DNA of 63,939 nt, filler included. It is 5 parts of 5 records of this genome, joined end to end, with 100 filler letters (N's around TTAATTAATTAA, not from the genome) between each part and the next. Parts side by side here need not be neighbours in the genome. Positions count along the whole stretch, not along the records: positions 1 to 28,941 come from SRR33789315_1; 4 more parts are not named here. One strand, given 5' to 3'. Positions 1 to 9,118 of the stretch are shown here, piece by piece. The translations under genes were made by a program, and so were the position numbers. Positions within the stretch are counted from its first letter, which is position 1. The number at the start of each line of letters is the position of its first letter. Under the pieces are notes generated by a model that worked only from the letters and a program-made list of their open reading frames with translations, made no database searches and was not told the DNA's origin.

Positions 1-257
1 TGAGGATTTTGCTTCCGAGGAAGTAAGACGCGGTGGATCCCAACGGTATTCTTTTTAATTAATTCTTTTATAGAAAACAATTTCAATGCCTAGGAGGTAA
101 TTTTAATAACCAACTTTAAGTCTATTATTTGCCAATAGTAAATTACCAAATTTAATATAAAATACAGTCAATTGCTTTAAAATTAAGTGTAAAAAAGGCA
201 ACTATATGATTTTTATATAATTACTTTTTTTTTGATATGTTTTGATATCTTGAAAAG

Positions 258-332
258 TCGGGTAGAGAGGATTCGAACCTCCGATCTCGCGCCCCCCAGA
301 CGCGCACTTTAACCGGACTAAGCTACTACCCG
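258..332 (-). tRNA. tRNA-Pro(GGG)
   Basis: Reverse complement CGGGTAGTAGCTTAGTCCGGTTAAAGTGCGCGTCTGGGGGGCGCGAGATCGGAGGTTCGAATCCTCTCTACCCGA folds as a cloverleaf with GGTTCGAATCC T-arm and anticodon loop CT-GGG-GG; CCA not encoded. Confidence 0.95.
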
Positions 333-363
333 TGATTTTACAAAATCCTTAGATTTTGGGGTG

Positions 364-371
364 CAAATATA
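364..371 (-). promoter_or_regulatory. Bacteroidota -7 promoter element (TAnnTTTG) for tRNA-Pro
   Basis: TATATTTG on the minus strand ~30 nt upstream of the tRNA 5' end. Confidence 0.6.
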
Positions 372-453
372 GGTATTTGGTCAAAAACCAAAAGTCAAAA
401 AAGTATCTAAAAAAAAGAAGTATTTATTTTAAGGTAATCAGGAGGATAATAAT

Positions 454-912
454 CTATCTATCAACGGCTTCAACTTCCCGTTCTGTAACCATTTCATCAC
501 TTGTATTTTTCCAACTGTGCAGAATATAGTTCATAACATCTGCAATTTCATCTGGATACAATCCCGGATTGGGCATAATACTATTATATGAACTGCCATT
601 TACAGTGATTTTACCACTCATCCCGTATTTAACCGCTTTTATACTTAACAATCGGTTTTTCAAAAGATAGTCAGACCCAGCAAGTGGAGGATAGGTTCCC
701 GCAACACCTTTTCCGGTATCTAAATGGCACTGCATACAAAAATCCTGATAGACTCCTTCACCACGTTTAATACTCTGAGAGAGCGTAGTATCTTGAACAG
801 ATAGCGTTTTATAGTTTGCTTGATTAAATGTTAAGTTTTGATATAAACGGGGTTTAAAACTGATTTTAAAAATCCCGATTGCTGCAAGGAGAAGTAAAGT
901 TAAAGCTTTCAT
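454..912 (-). CDS. Monoheme c-type cytochrome
   Basis: CMQCH heme motif, YPPLA, distal MP ligand, N-terminal hydrophobic segment. Confidence 0.85.
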   Translation of the reverse strand: MKALTLLLLAAIGIFKISFKPRLYQNLTFNQANYKTLSVQDTTLSQSIKRGEGVYQDFCMQCHLDTGKGVAGTYPPLAGSDYLLKNRLLSIKAVKYGMSGKITVNGSSYNSIMPNPGLYPDEIADVMNYILHSWKNTSDEMVTEREVEAVDR

Positions 913-2036
913 TATTTAGTTAATTTTAAAATTCCTTTTCCCTCAACACTAATATAAATATTGCCGTCAGGACCTTGTTTAATATTCCTAACGCGGCCAA
1001 TATCTTGAAGTATTTTTTCTCTTTTTACAGGTTTTGTGCCTTCAAAGTATACCGCTTCTACATATCCAAACTTTAATGAACCTACGAGAATGACATTTTT
1101 TAACTCTGGAAATTTGTCACTCGTTACATATTCCATTCCGCTAGGTGCAATTGAAGGAACCCAGTAATACAAGGGTTGTTCCATACCCGGGCGTGCGGTT
1201 TCATCAGTTATAGGTGTACCGCTATAATTAATACCATAGGTTATAATAGGCCAGCCGTAATTAGCTCCTTTTTTTATTAAATTAATTTCATCACCACCTT
1301 GTGGCCCGTGCTCATGAACCCATATCTCACCAGTTATAGGGTGAACAATCATCCCTTGAGGGTTTCTATGCCCATACGACCAAATCGCTTTTTTTGCATC
1401 TTGTTGATCTACAAAAGGGTTATCATTAGGAATAGAGCCATCTGCGTTAAGTCGATAGATTTTTCCGCCATCACGTGTAATATCCTGAGGATTTACATCG
1501 CGATTTCCTCTTTCTCCTATGCTAAAATAAATATGGTTCTCTTTATCAAAAACAATACGACTGCCAAAATGCTGTCCTTTAGTCGTATTAGGAACTGCTT
1601 TATAGAGAATTTCGCTATTTGTCAAGATAGTGTCGTTTAACTGCGCTCTCATCAAGGCTGTATTTCCACCTCTTTCTTCTCCATCTTCTGAAGCATAGGT
1701 CATATAAATCCAGTGGTTTGTTTCAAAGTCAGGATGCAATTTGACATCGAGTAACCCTCCTTGTCCTCGGTCATAAACGGGAGGAACACCGCTTATCATA
1801 GTTTTAACACCATCTTTAAAATGAAGGAGGCTTCCGCTTTTTTCTGTGACCAAAAAACTACCGTCAGGTAAAAAATCCATTCCCCACGGAATATTAATGT
1901 CTGGTATCACCATTTCTGTTGAATAGGTTGAGTTTTCTTGAAGACTTATTGTGTTATTGTTTTGGTTTGTTGCATCTTGACCACAAGCTGTTAACCCAAA
2001 GCATAACAGGAAGAAGAATTGTACAGCGTTTTTCAT
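912..2036 (-). CDS. PQQ-dependent sugar dehydrogenase (GSDH/YliI family), lipoprotein
   Basis: LTAC lipobox; GQGGLLDV, HFGSRI, YGHRNPQG, EHGPQGGDE, NYGWP motifs. Confidence 0.9.
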   Translation of the reverse strand: MKNAVQFFFLLCFGLTACGQDATNQNNNTISLQENSTYSTEMVIPDINIPWGMDFLPDGSFLVTEKSGSLLHFKDGVKTMISGVPPVYDRGQGGLLDVKLHPDFETNHWIYMTYASEDGEERGGNTALMRAQLNDTILTNSEILYKAVPNTTKGQHFGSRIVFDKENHIYFSIGERGNRDVNPQDITRDGGKIYRLNADGSIPNDNPFVDQQDAKKAIWSYGHRNPQGMIVHPITGEIWVHEHGPQGGDEINLIKKGANYGWPIITYGINYSGTPITDETARPGMEQPLYYWVPSIAPSGMEYVTSDKFPELKNVILVGSLKFGYVEAVYFEGTKPVKREKILQDIGRVRNIKQGPDGNIYISVEGKGILKLTK

Positions 2037-2180
2037 TATTGTTTTTGTTTTAAAAATAAGGGAAGGAAGCGCTATAAGTTATTATAGAAATGTTAATTAA
2101 ATATGGAAGGCTATGTGGAGGTTTATTACCAAATCTGTCTTAAATAAATTAATTTTGTATTCTTATTAAAATTGAAGTGT

Positions 2181-3137
2181 ATGGCAACTGAAAGAATAAA
2201 ATGTCTAATTATAGGTTCGGGGCCTGCTGGTTATACAGCAGCTATTTATGCAGCTCGTGCTGATTTGAAACCTATAATGTATACTGGGATGGAACCTGGA
2301 GGACAGTTGACTACAACTACCGAAGTAGATAACTTCCCTGGTTATCCAGAAGGAATTGACGGGCCTACGATGATGATGCAATTACAGCAACAAGCAGAAC
2401 GTTTTGGCACAGAAGTGCGAATAGGAATGGTTACTCAAGTTGAGTTTAGTGATGAAGTAGGAGGAATACATAAGGTTGTAGTAGATAGTAATACTGCAAT
2501 AGAAGCTGAAACGGTTATTATTGCAACAGGAGCTACAGCTAGATATTTGGGATTACCCAGTGAGCAAAAATTACGCGGAGGCGGTGTTTCTGCATGTGCA
2601 GTTTGTGATGGATTTTTCTTTAGAAATCAAAGAGTGGCAATTGTAGGAGGTGGAGATACTGCTGCAGAAGAAGCAACCTATCTGGCTAATATTTGTGAAC
2701 ATGTCACCATGTTAGTTCGTAAAGATCATTTGCGAGCTTCAAAAGCGATGCAACATCGTGTTAATTCTAGAAAGAACTTAACCGTGCTTTATAATACTCA
2801 AGTTGACGAAGTTTTGGGAGAGCAAGTTGTTGAAGGATTGCGTATGCTAAACAATGAGACTGGAGAAAAGTCACAAATAGATATTACAGGGCTGTTTATT
2901 GCTATTGGTCATAAGCCGAATACAGATATTTTTAAAGGTCAATTAACTATGGATGATACCGGCTATGTAATTACTGAACCGGGTAGTACTAAAACAAATA
3001 AACCAGGTGTATTTGCGAGCGGTGATGTGCAAGATAAAGAATATAGACAGGCCATCACTGCGGCGGGTACAGGATGTATGGCAGCACTGGATGCAGAACG
3101 CTATTTAGCAACAATAGAAGCTGCTATAGAGATTTAA
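2181..3137 (+). CDS. trxB: Thioredoxin reductase
   Basis: IIGSGPAGYTAA, CAVCDG redox pair, GGGDTA, QAITAAGTG; ATG at 2181 preferred over TTG at 2172. Confidence 0.97.
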   Translation: MATERIKCLIIGSGPAGYTAAIYAARADLKPIMYTGMEPGGQLTTTTEVDNFPGYPEGIDGPTMMMQLQQQAERFGTEVRIGMVTQVEFSDEVGGIHKVVVDSNTAIEAETVIIATGATARYLGLPSEQKLRGGGVSACAVCDGFFFRNQRVAIVGGGDTAAEEATYLANICEHVTMLVRKDHLRASKAMQHRVNSRKNLTVLYNTQVDEVLGEQVVEGLRMLNNETGEKSQIDITGLFIAIGHKPNTDIFKGQLTMDDTGYVITEPGSTKTNKPGVFASGDVQDKEYRQAITAAGTGCMAALDAERYLATIEAAIEI

Positions 3138-3162
3138 ATCTAAAAGAGTAATAAAAAAATTG

Positions 3163-3204
3163 ATCAAACAAAAAGCCCGTTGAAAAACGGGCTTTTTGTT
3201 TGAT
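3163..3204. terminator. Bidirectional intrinsic terminator
   Basis: ATCAAACAAAAAGCCCGTT / AACGGGCTTTTTGTTTGAT perfect inverted repeat between convergent genes. Confidence 0.9.
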
Positions 3205-3218
3205 TATATTAAGAAAAA

Positions 3219-3578
3219 TTAATCTTCATCATCTTCGGGGTCTTCATCGTCTGACGGGATACTTTCCTCATCTTCTTCTTCTAAATCCTCATCAATATCT
3301 TCATCTGGTTTATCTGGAATCTCTGAAATAGGTACTTGAAGATCTGTGTCATCATAGTCATCTTCGTCAAAGTTTTCCATACTAGATTCTAGTTTTTTAC
3401 TCACTTTAACAAGATAAATGGTGTCATCTGTTCTTACTTCTACGGCCTCAATAATCTCATTTTTTGCATTTTTAAATGAAATGATTTGATCATCATCGTA
3501 GCCATAGGGATATTTATCAACCAAAAGTGCTAATATCTCTGGTGTAAGTTTTTTGAAATCAACGATTATACGTCGCAT
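3219..3578 (-). CDS. Hypothetical protein with a highly acidic C-terminal tail
   Basis: Compact N-terminal domain (KYPYGY) followed by a D/E-rich low-complexity tail. Confidence 0.75.
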   Translation of the reverse strand: MRRIIVDFKKLTPEILALLVDKYPYGYDDDQIISFKNAKNEIIEAVEVRTDDTIYLVKVSKKLESSMENFDEDDYDDTDLQVPISEIPDKPDEDIDEDLEEEDEESIPSDDEDPEDDED

Positions 3579-3658
3579 AGAATAAGTTGTATTAATTTGG
3601 TTTTATAATTTTAAATGTAAAAAAAAATGCTTCTCTTCAACAGAGAAAATCTTATTAT

Positions 3659-4729
3659 TTATAAATTTTGATAAAAATTAAATGACTCATAAATTAGGTC
3701 GTTACTTACTACGACATCTATTTTGGGTTTTGCGATGTCATTTAGTAAAACGAAGTTTATTCTTCCGTGAGAATTTTTCTTATCAAATTTTAAAAGTTCT
3801 ATAATTTCCTTAATATCTTCGGTTGTAAAACGTACCGGATTATATATAGTATTAATCCTTTTGCTAATTTTTAATAAGGATTGTTTTGGAAAATCTAATA
3901 TTTCGCCAGAAAGAAATAATGCTAAAATCATACCTACGGCAATGGCTTCACCATGTAGTAACCTTGTTTTTTTCTCAGAAACTAAAAAATAGGATTCTAT
4001 GGCGTGGCCTAATGTATGCCCAAAATTGAGTGTTTTACGCAAACCTTGCTCATAAGGATCTTCTAGAACTACTTCATTTTTAATGGCAATAGAACGAGGA
4101 ATTGCTTCGGCTATAGCTTCTTTATCTTTATAGTTTTTAGTGGAAATTTCTTCCCAGTAAGCCGCATCTGCAATTAAGCCATGCTTGAGCATTTCGGCAT
4201 AACCTGAGCGTATTTCTTCTAGGGCTAAAGTTTCCAGAAAGTAAGGGTCAATAAGCACCATTTTAGGGTTGCTTATAACACCGATTTGATTTTTTAAATT
4301 ACCTAAGTCTACTCCTGTTTTTCCGCCTACAGAAGCATCTACCATAGATAATAATGTGGTGGGTATATTGATATAATCTATTCCTCTTTTAAAGGTACAA
4401 GCAATAAATCCGCCAAGATCTGTGATAACGCCGCCGCCCAGATTTATCATAAGGCTTTTACGGTCGCCATCCAGTTCTGATAAGGCTTCCCATACACCCA
4501 TACAGGTTTCTATATTTTTATTTTCTTCTCCTGGATCAATTTCGATCACTTCTATCGTAAGTGTAGTCTCAAAATTTGAAAGAAAACGCGCAAGACAGTG
4601 TTCATGCGTATTAGAATCTACGAGCACAAAAGCCATGCTGTAATTTTGCGATTGGATAAAAGTATTAAAATCAGCATAACCTTCCCCTTCAAAAACTACC
4701 TGATACCCTTTTGCTTGAATAGATTCCAT
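3659..4729 (-). CDS. aroB: 3-dehydroquinate synthase
   Basis: GGGVITDLGG, PTTLLSMVDASVGGKTG, LNFGHTLGHAIE, LLHGEA. Confidence 0.96.
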   Translation of the reverse strand: MESIQAKGYQVVFEGEGYADFNTFIQSQNYSMAFVLVDSNTHEHCLARFLSNFETTLTIEVIEIDPGEENKNIETCMGVWEALSELDGDRKSLMINLGGGVITDLGGFIACTFKRGIDYINIPTTLLSMVDASVGGKTGVDLGNLKNQIGVISNPKMVLIDPYFLETLALEEIRSGYAEMLKHGLIADAAYWEEISTKNYKDKEAIAEAIPRSIAIKNEVVLEDPYEQGLRKTLNFGHTLGHAIESYFLVSEKKTRLLHGEAIAVGMILALFLSGEILDFPKQSLLKISKRINTIYNPVRFTTEDIKEIIELLKFDKKNSHGRINFVLLNDIAKPKIDVVVSNDLIYESFNFYQNL

Positions 4730-4803
4730 AATCAATATTTACGAGTCGAAATTTATACCTTTTACATAAAACTAGTAAGTATATTTACGCTCATTTTTAT
4801 GAG

Positions 4804-5976
4804 ATGGTAAAGAAAAGAATTTTTGAAAATACTGAAGCCGCTTTCGCTTTAAAATCTGATAGCGATTTAGAAAGAGCTTATTTTTTGTTTAAGATGATTT
4901 CTAAACAACCGCTAGTACGTATAGGCACTGCCGTCACAAAATTTGCGTTGAATGCAAATTTACCCGTAGAGGGACTGATTAGGGCAACTGTATTTGATCA
5001 TTTTTGTGGCGGAGTAAATGCGGGAGATTGCATTTCTGTCGTAGATAAAATGTTTGAAAAAGGAGTTTGTTCTGTATTAGATTTTTCTGTTGAAGGTAAA
5101 GAAGAAGAAGTTCTTTTTGATAGTGCTCTAGAGCGTTTACTTGGGCTTATTGAGTTTTCTAAAGATAAAAAGTCGATGCCTTTTTCAGTTTTTAAACCCT
5201 CAGGATTAGGGCGTTTTGAAATCTGGGAACGTAAAAGCGCTGGTGTTAATCTCAGTCTTGCAGAACAGGAAGAATGGGGTCGTATTGAAGGTAGATTTAA
5301 TAGAATATGTCAAAAAGCCGAAGCTTGCGGTATACGTTTGTTAATAGATGCCGAAGAAAGCTGGATTCAAGGAGCAGTAGATGAGCTTGTGGGAAGTATG
5401 ATGCATATTTATAATAAAGAGCGCCCCATAATTTTTAATACCATTCAATGTTACAGACATGACAGATTAGCCTATCTAAAAGATTTGCATGTGGATTCTT
5501 TGGTAAAAGGGTATAAGATAGGGGTGAAGATTGTACGAGGAGCCTACATGGAAAAGGAACGTGAAAGAGCTAGTGATAAGGGGTATGTTTCCCCAATTTG
5601 TGAAGACAAAGCGGCTACAGACATTAATTTTAATACCATAATGACTTATGCTTTAGAACATATAAATGACATTGCATTATATATAGGTTCACATAATGAG
5701 GATAGTAATTATCTAGCCATTCAACTTATGTCAGAACTCAGTCTTTCGGTTGAAGATCAGCGTATTTGGTTTGGACAATTGTTTGGGATGAGTGATCATA
5801 TTTCGTATAATCTGGCTAGTAATGGATATAATGTTTCAAAATACTTGCCTTTTGGTCCGGTTAAAGATGTTATGCCTTATTTAATTAGAAGAGCAGAAGA
5901 GAATACATCTGTCGCTGGGCAAACAAATAGAGAATTGGATTTGTTGAAAAAAGAAATGAAAAGACGAAAGATTTAG
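4804..5976 (+). CDS. Monofunctional proline dehydrogenase
   Basis: IDAEESW, KIVRGAYMEKER, SHNE, QLFGM, PYLIRRAEEN. Confidence 0.92.
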   Translation: MVKKRIFENTEAAFALKSDSDLERAYFLFKMISKQPLVRIGTAVTKFALNANLPVEGLIRATVFDHFCGGVNAGDCISVVDKMFEKGVCSVLDFSVEGKEEEVLFDSALERLLGLIEFSKDKKSMPFSVFKPSGLGRFEIWERKSAGVNLSLAEQEEWGRIEGRFNRICQKAEACGIRLLIDAEESWIQGAVDELVGSMMHIYNKERPIIFNTIQCYRHDRLAYLKDLHVDSLVKGYKIGVKIVRGAYMEKERERASDKGYVSPICEDKAATDINFNTIMTYALEHINDIALYIGSHNEDSNYLAIQLMSELSLSVEDQRIWFGQLFGMSDHISYNLASNGYNVSKYLPFGPVKDVMPYLIRRAEENTSVAGQTNRELDLLKKEMKRRKI

Positions 5977-6353
5977 TCTAATTCTATCTCTTTAATTATA
6001 GCGTGATTTTCACAATTTTCAATATGTAATTTGATATTCTTTTCCTCATGCTTTCCTTTCACAATATAAATTGCACAGGGTTCTAATCTAGCGTTACTTT
6101 CAGAAAAATCTACTTTTCCTTTATGAAGAATAGTCGATATTGTAGCTGTATCTATAATTTTTTGATTAATAAGTTCTTGCGTATTTTCTGAAAAAGTATA
6201 GCCTTTTGTTCTAATATTTTTTAATACCCGACTCGTAGGCATATAATCGCAGGAAGGAATAGATGTTTTACTTCCTTTAATAAAAAAGGCAAGTAGAATA
6301 AGACCAATAGAAAATCCGCCTAAATAATAACCTAATCTTTTAAGTATTTTCAT
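5973..6353 (-). CDS. Conserved membrane-anchored protein (DUF4258-like)
   Basis: N-terminal TM (RLGYYLGGF); CxYxPxxRVL motif seen in flavobacterial members. Confidence 0.6.
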   Translation of the reverse strand: MKILKRLGYYLGGFSIGLILLAFFIKGSKTSIPSCDYMPTSRVLKNIRTKGYTFSENTQELINQKIIDTATISTILHKGKVDFSESNARLEPCAIYIVKGKHEEKNIKLHIENCENHAIIKEIELD

Positions 6354-6495
6354 TTATCAACGATTATGATACCAGTTTGTATCAACAGTGCGCAAATATA
6401 ATATAAGTAGAGAAGTAGAATCTATTTTCTGTTTTTTAATGGAGATAAAGAAGATTTATTTTTTAATTACGCTACTGTGCTATCTAAAAATAATT

Positions 6496-7695
6496 TTAAA
6501 AAAATAAAAGGTTAATATCTCTATAAGGAATATCAAACCAGTCTGAAACCGATTTATTAGTCAGGATACCCCGGTAAAAATAGAGTCCGCTTTTAAGCCC
6601 TTTATTCATACGTAGGCTGTTTTCAAGTCCGCCATGTTCGGCAATATTCAATAAATATGGAGTAAAGATATTACTGATAGAAATGGAAGCTGTACGGGCA
6701 TACCTAGCAGGTATGTTAGGGACACAATAGTGTATAACCCCATGCTTTTCGAATGTAGAATGGTCGTGTGAAGTCACTTCACTAGTTTCGAAGCATCCGC
6801 CCATATCAATACTAACATCTATTATTATGGCTCCTGGTTTCATAAGTTCAACCAGATTCTCAGTAACAATAATTGGAGATCTGTCTTTTCCTCTTACGGC
6901 TCCAATGGCCACATCGCATCTTCTAAGACCTTTCATCAGGGTTTTAGGTTGTACAGTAGATGTATAAACAGTTCTGCCTAGATTAGTCTGGATGTTTCTA
7001 AGTTTGGTAAGGGAATTATCAAATATTTTGACATTTGCCCCTAAACCTATAGCAGATCGTGCAGCAAACTCACCAACTGTTCCAGCCCCAATTATAACGA
7101 CCTCAACGGGTGGAACACCACTTATATTTCCAAACATAAGCCCATTGCCTTGTCCGTCTTTTGACATAAGTTCTGATGCGATAAGTATAGAGGCAGTTCC
7201 TGCAATTTCACTTAGTGCTCTTACAGCGGGATAAGTGCCGTCTTCATCGCGAATAAACTCAAACCCTAAAGCTGTAATTCTCTTTGTAGCCAGTGTTTTA
7301 AAAAACCATTTTTCTTGAGTCTTTAACTGAATAGCAGAAATAAGTACAGATTGTGGATTCATTAAATCCAATTCTTCTATAGAAGGCGGCTCCACTTTTA
7401 GCACAATAGGACAACCAAAAACTTTTGCAGTACTGTTAGTAATTTCTGCACCAGCTTCTGCATATTGATGATCTGTGAAATTAGCATTTAAGCCTGCTTT
7501 TGATTCTAATAATATACGATGACCATTATTAGTAAGTGCTGCCACAGCATCTGGAGTGAGGCATACTCGTTTTTCTTGATAGTGGTTTTCTTTAGGAATT
7601 CCAATAAAAAGAGATCCCTTTTTATGATTGATTTCTAGTTTTTCTTCCTGCGGAATCAATTCTTCCCGAGTAAAAGGGCTATTGGCTAATGTCAT
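6496..7695 (-). CDS. ald: Alanine dehydrogenase
   Basis: IGIPKE, EKRVCLTP, SEIAG, GAGTVG, DVSIDMGGCFETS, YCVPNIP. Confidence 0.92.
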   Translation of the reverse strand: MTLANSPFTREELIPQEEKLEINHKKGSLFIGIPKENHYQEKRVCLTPDAVAALTNNGHRILLESKAGLNANFTDHQYAEAGAEITNSTAKVFGCPIVLKVEPPSIEELDLMNPQSVLISAIQLKTQEKWFFKTLATKRITALGFEFIRDEDGTYPAVRALSEIAGTASILIASELMSKDGQGNGLMFGNISGVPPVEVVIIGAGTVGEFAARSAIGLGANVKIFDNSLTKLRNIQTNLGRTVYTSTVQPKTLMKGLRRCDVAIGAVRGKDRSPIIVTENLVELMKPGAIIIDVSIDMGGCFETSEVTSHDHSTFEKHGVIHYCVPNIPARYARTASISISNIFTPYLLNIAEHGGLENSLRMNKGLKSGLYFYRGILTNKSVSDWFDIPYRDINLLFF

Positions 7696-7758
7696 TTCTA
7701 AAATAATAATTATCGAAGATCCAATTTACACATAATATTAAGAAGTAGGAATGACTAA

Positions 7759-8337
7759 TTATCCCATAAAAAGTGGATCGTCATCATCATCATCAACATC
7801 ATCAGAGTTAGACGAAGAGTTAGTTATGTCATTCTCTTTTTCTTTAATTTCACCTTTAAGAGAAACTCGATCGAGTTCACTAAAATCAATATTGTGAATT
7901 TTATCAAAAATGCGAGTTCTTATTGTATAGAGAAAAATTAATGCAAAGAAAATTAAAGGAGCGAGATAAAAAATTTCAAGATTGTCTTTAGCTAATAAAT
8001 CTTCTTTAAATAAATTATAGATTTGAAAAGAATACATACAAATAGGTATGGCTATTGCATGATACCACCAGTGTTTACAAGTAAAAAACCAGATAAGTAA
8101 AAAGATTAAAGGAATTAATTTACCAAATAAAATCCAAGCTAGTGTATTTATATCTTGATAGTATAAACTATCATATTTGATATCCATACCTAAAAATGAA
8201 AATTCCCATACCTTAATAGCAGGGAAACCTTCATATAAATAAAAAAAATAAGGAGAAGCAACAAGAAATGCTGCTATTATACTACCCGTGAGTAGGGATC
8301 TTCGTGATTTTTCGCGGGTCGATTTTGGTTTGCGCAT
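7759..8337 (-). CDS. Multi-pass membrane protein of unknown function
   Basis: About 4 TM segments, WFFTCKHWWY motif, acidic tail; start uncertain because it overlaps the upstream small ORF. Confidence 0.7.
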   Translation of the reverse strand: MRKPKSTREKSRRSLLTGSIIAAFLVASPYFFYLYEGFPAIKVWEFSFLGMDIKYDSLYYQDINTLAWILFGKLIPLIFLLIWFFTCKHWWYHAIAIPICMYSFQIYNLFKEDLLAKDNLEIFYLAPLIFFALIFLYTIRTRIFDKIHNIDFSELDRVSLKGEIKEKENDITNSSSNSDDVDDDDDDPLFMG

Positions 8338-8425
8338 AATCTGCTTTATCTTCTTTAGTAGAAGTGTAAGTGATAGCTGATGTTCCTGCGATTAAAAGTC
8401 CGAAAATTAAAGCTTTGAATTTCAT
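8282..8425 (-). CDS. Small putative secreted peptide (47 aa), not in ORF track
   Basis: Hand translation MKFKALIFGLLIAGTSAITYTSTKEDKADYAQTKIDPRKITKIPTHG*; signal-peptide-like N-terminus, AT-rich upstream region. Confidence 0.6.
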   Translation of the reverse strand: MKFKALIFGLLIAGTSAITYTSTKEDKADYAQTKIDPRKITKIPTHG

Positions 8426-8689
8426 AATAATAAGTTTTAGAATTGAGGTTATATCTTTTTGTTATTGTCTGATACAAAGATGATATGACCTTCCTTCTTA
8501 TCCAAGAACTCTTATTTTTCTACTTTTGTGCTCTTTTTCCAGATTATAAATGTTACGTATATAAAGTATTTACTTGTCTAAAATAATACGATTATTTTTT
8601 TAATCAATTGAAAATCAACTATTTATTTTTTTTAGAATTTAATAATTATTTTTTTTAACGCAAATTAATTTTATATTTTTTTTAACAAA

Positions 8690-9097
8690 TTATTGAAAAA
8701 TCAACTTTCTTTTAAGGCTTTTAGTCGTGTTGATTTCTATTTTATGCACCTTATTTGTTAAATGTTTGTTAATTATTTCAGGCCATTCGATGAAAATATA
8801 TGCATCTTGATCTATATAATCTTCAAAACCTATTTCTAGGGCTTCAAGGTAATCCTTTATACGGTAAAAATCAAAATGAAATATAGGTGAGCCATTATCA
8901 AGTTGATATTCTTGTACAATAGAATAAGTAGGGCTGCTTACATGATCCTGTACACCTAGCTGGTTTATAATGGTTTTTATCAAGGTTGTTTTTCCTGATC
9001 CCATTTCGCCATAAAATAAAAACACTTTATGGCTAGATTCCTGAATTATTTTTTGGGCAATAGAATCAATTTCAGTCAAGTCAAATTCGACTTCCAT
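8690..9097 (-). CDS. tsaE: tRNA threonylcarbamoyladenosine biosynthesis ATPase TsaE
   Basis: GEMGSGKTT, SPTYS, HFDFYR, IEWPE. Confidence 0.96.
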   Translation of the reverse strand: MEVEFDLTEIDSIAQKIIQESSHKVFLFYGEMGSGKTTLIKTIINQLGVQDHVSSPTYSIVQEYQLDNGSPIFHFDFYRIKDYLEALEIGFEDYIDQDAYIFIEWPEIINKHLTNKVHKIEINTTKSLKRKLIFQ

Positions 9098-9118
9098 AGC
9101 AAATAAGATTTCGGTAGG

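Noticed and set aside
1-60. Possible gene end at the window start (EDFASEEVRRGGSQRYSF*)
   Set aside because: Too short to assign a frame or function
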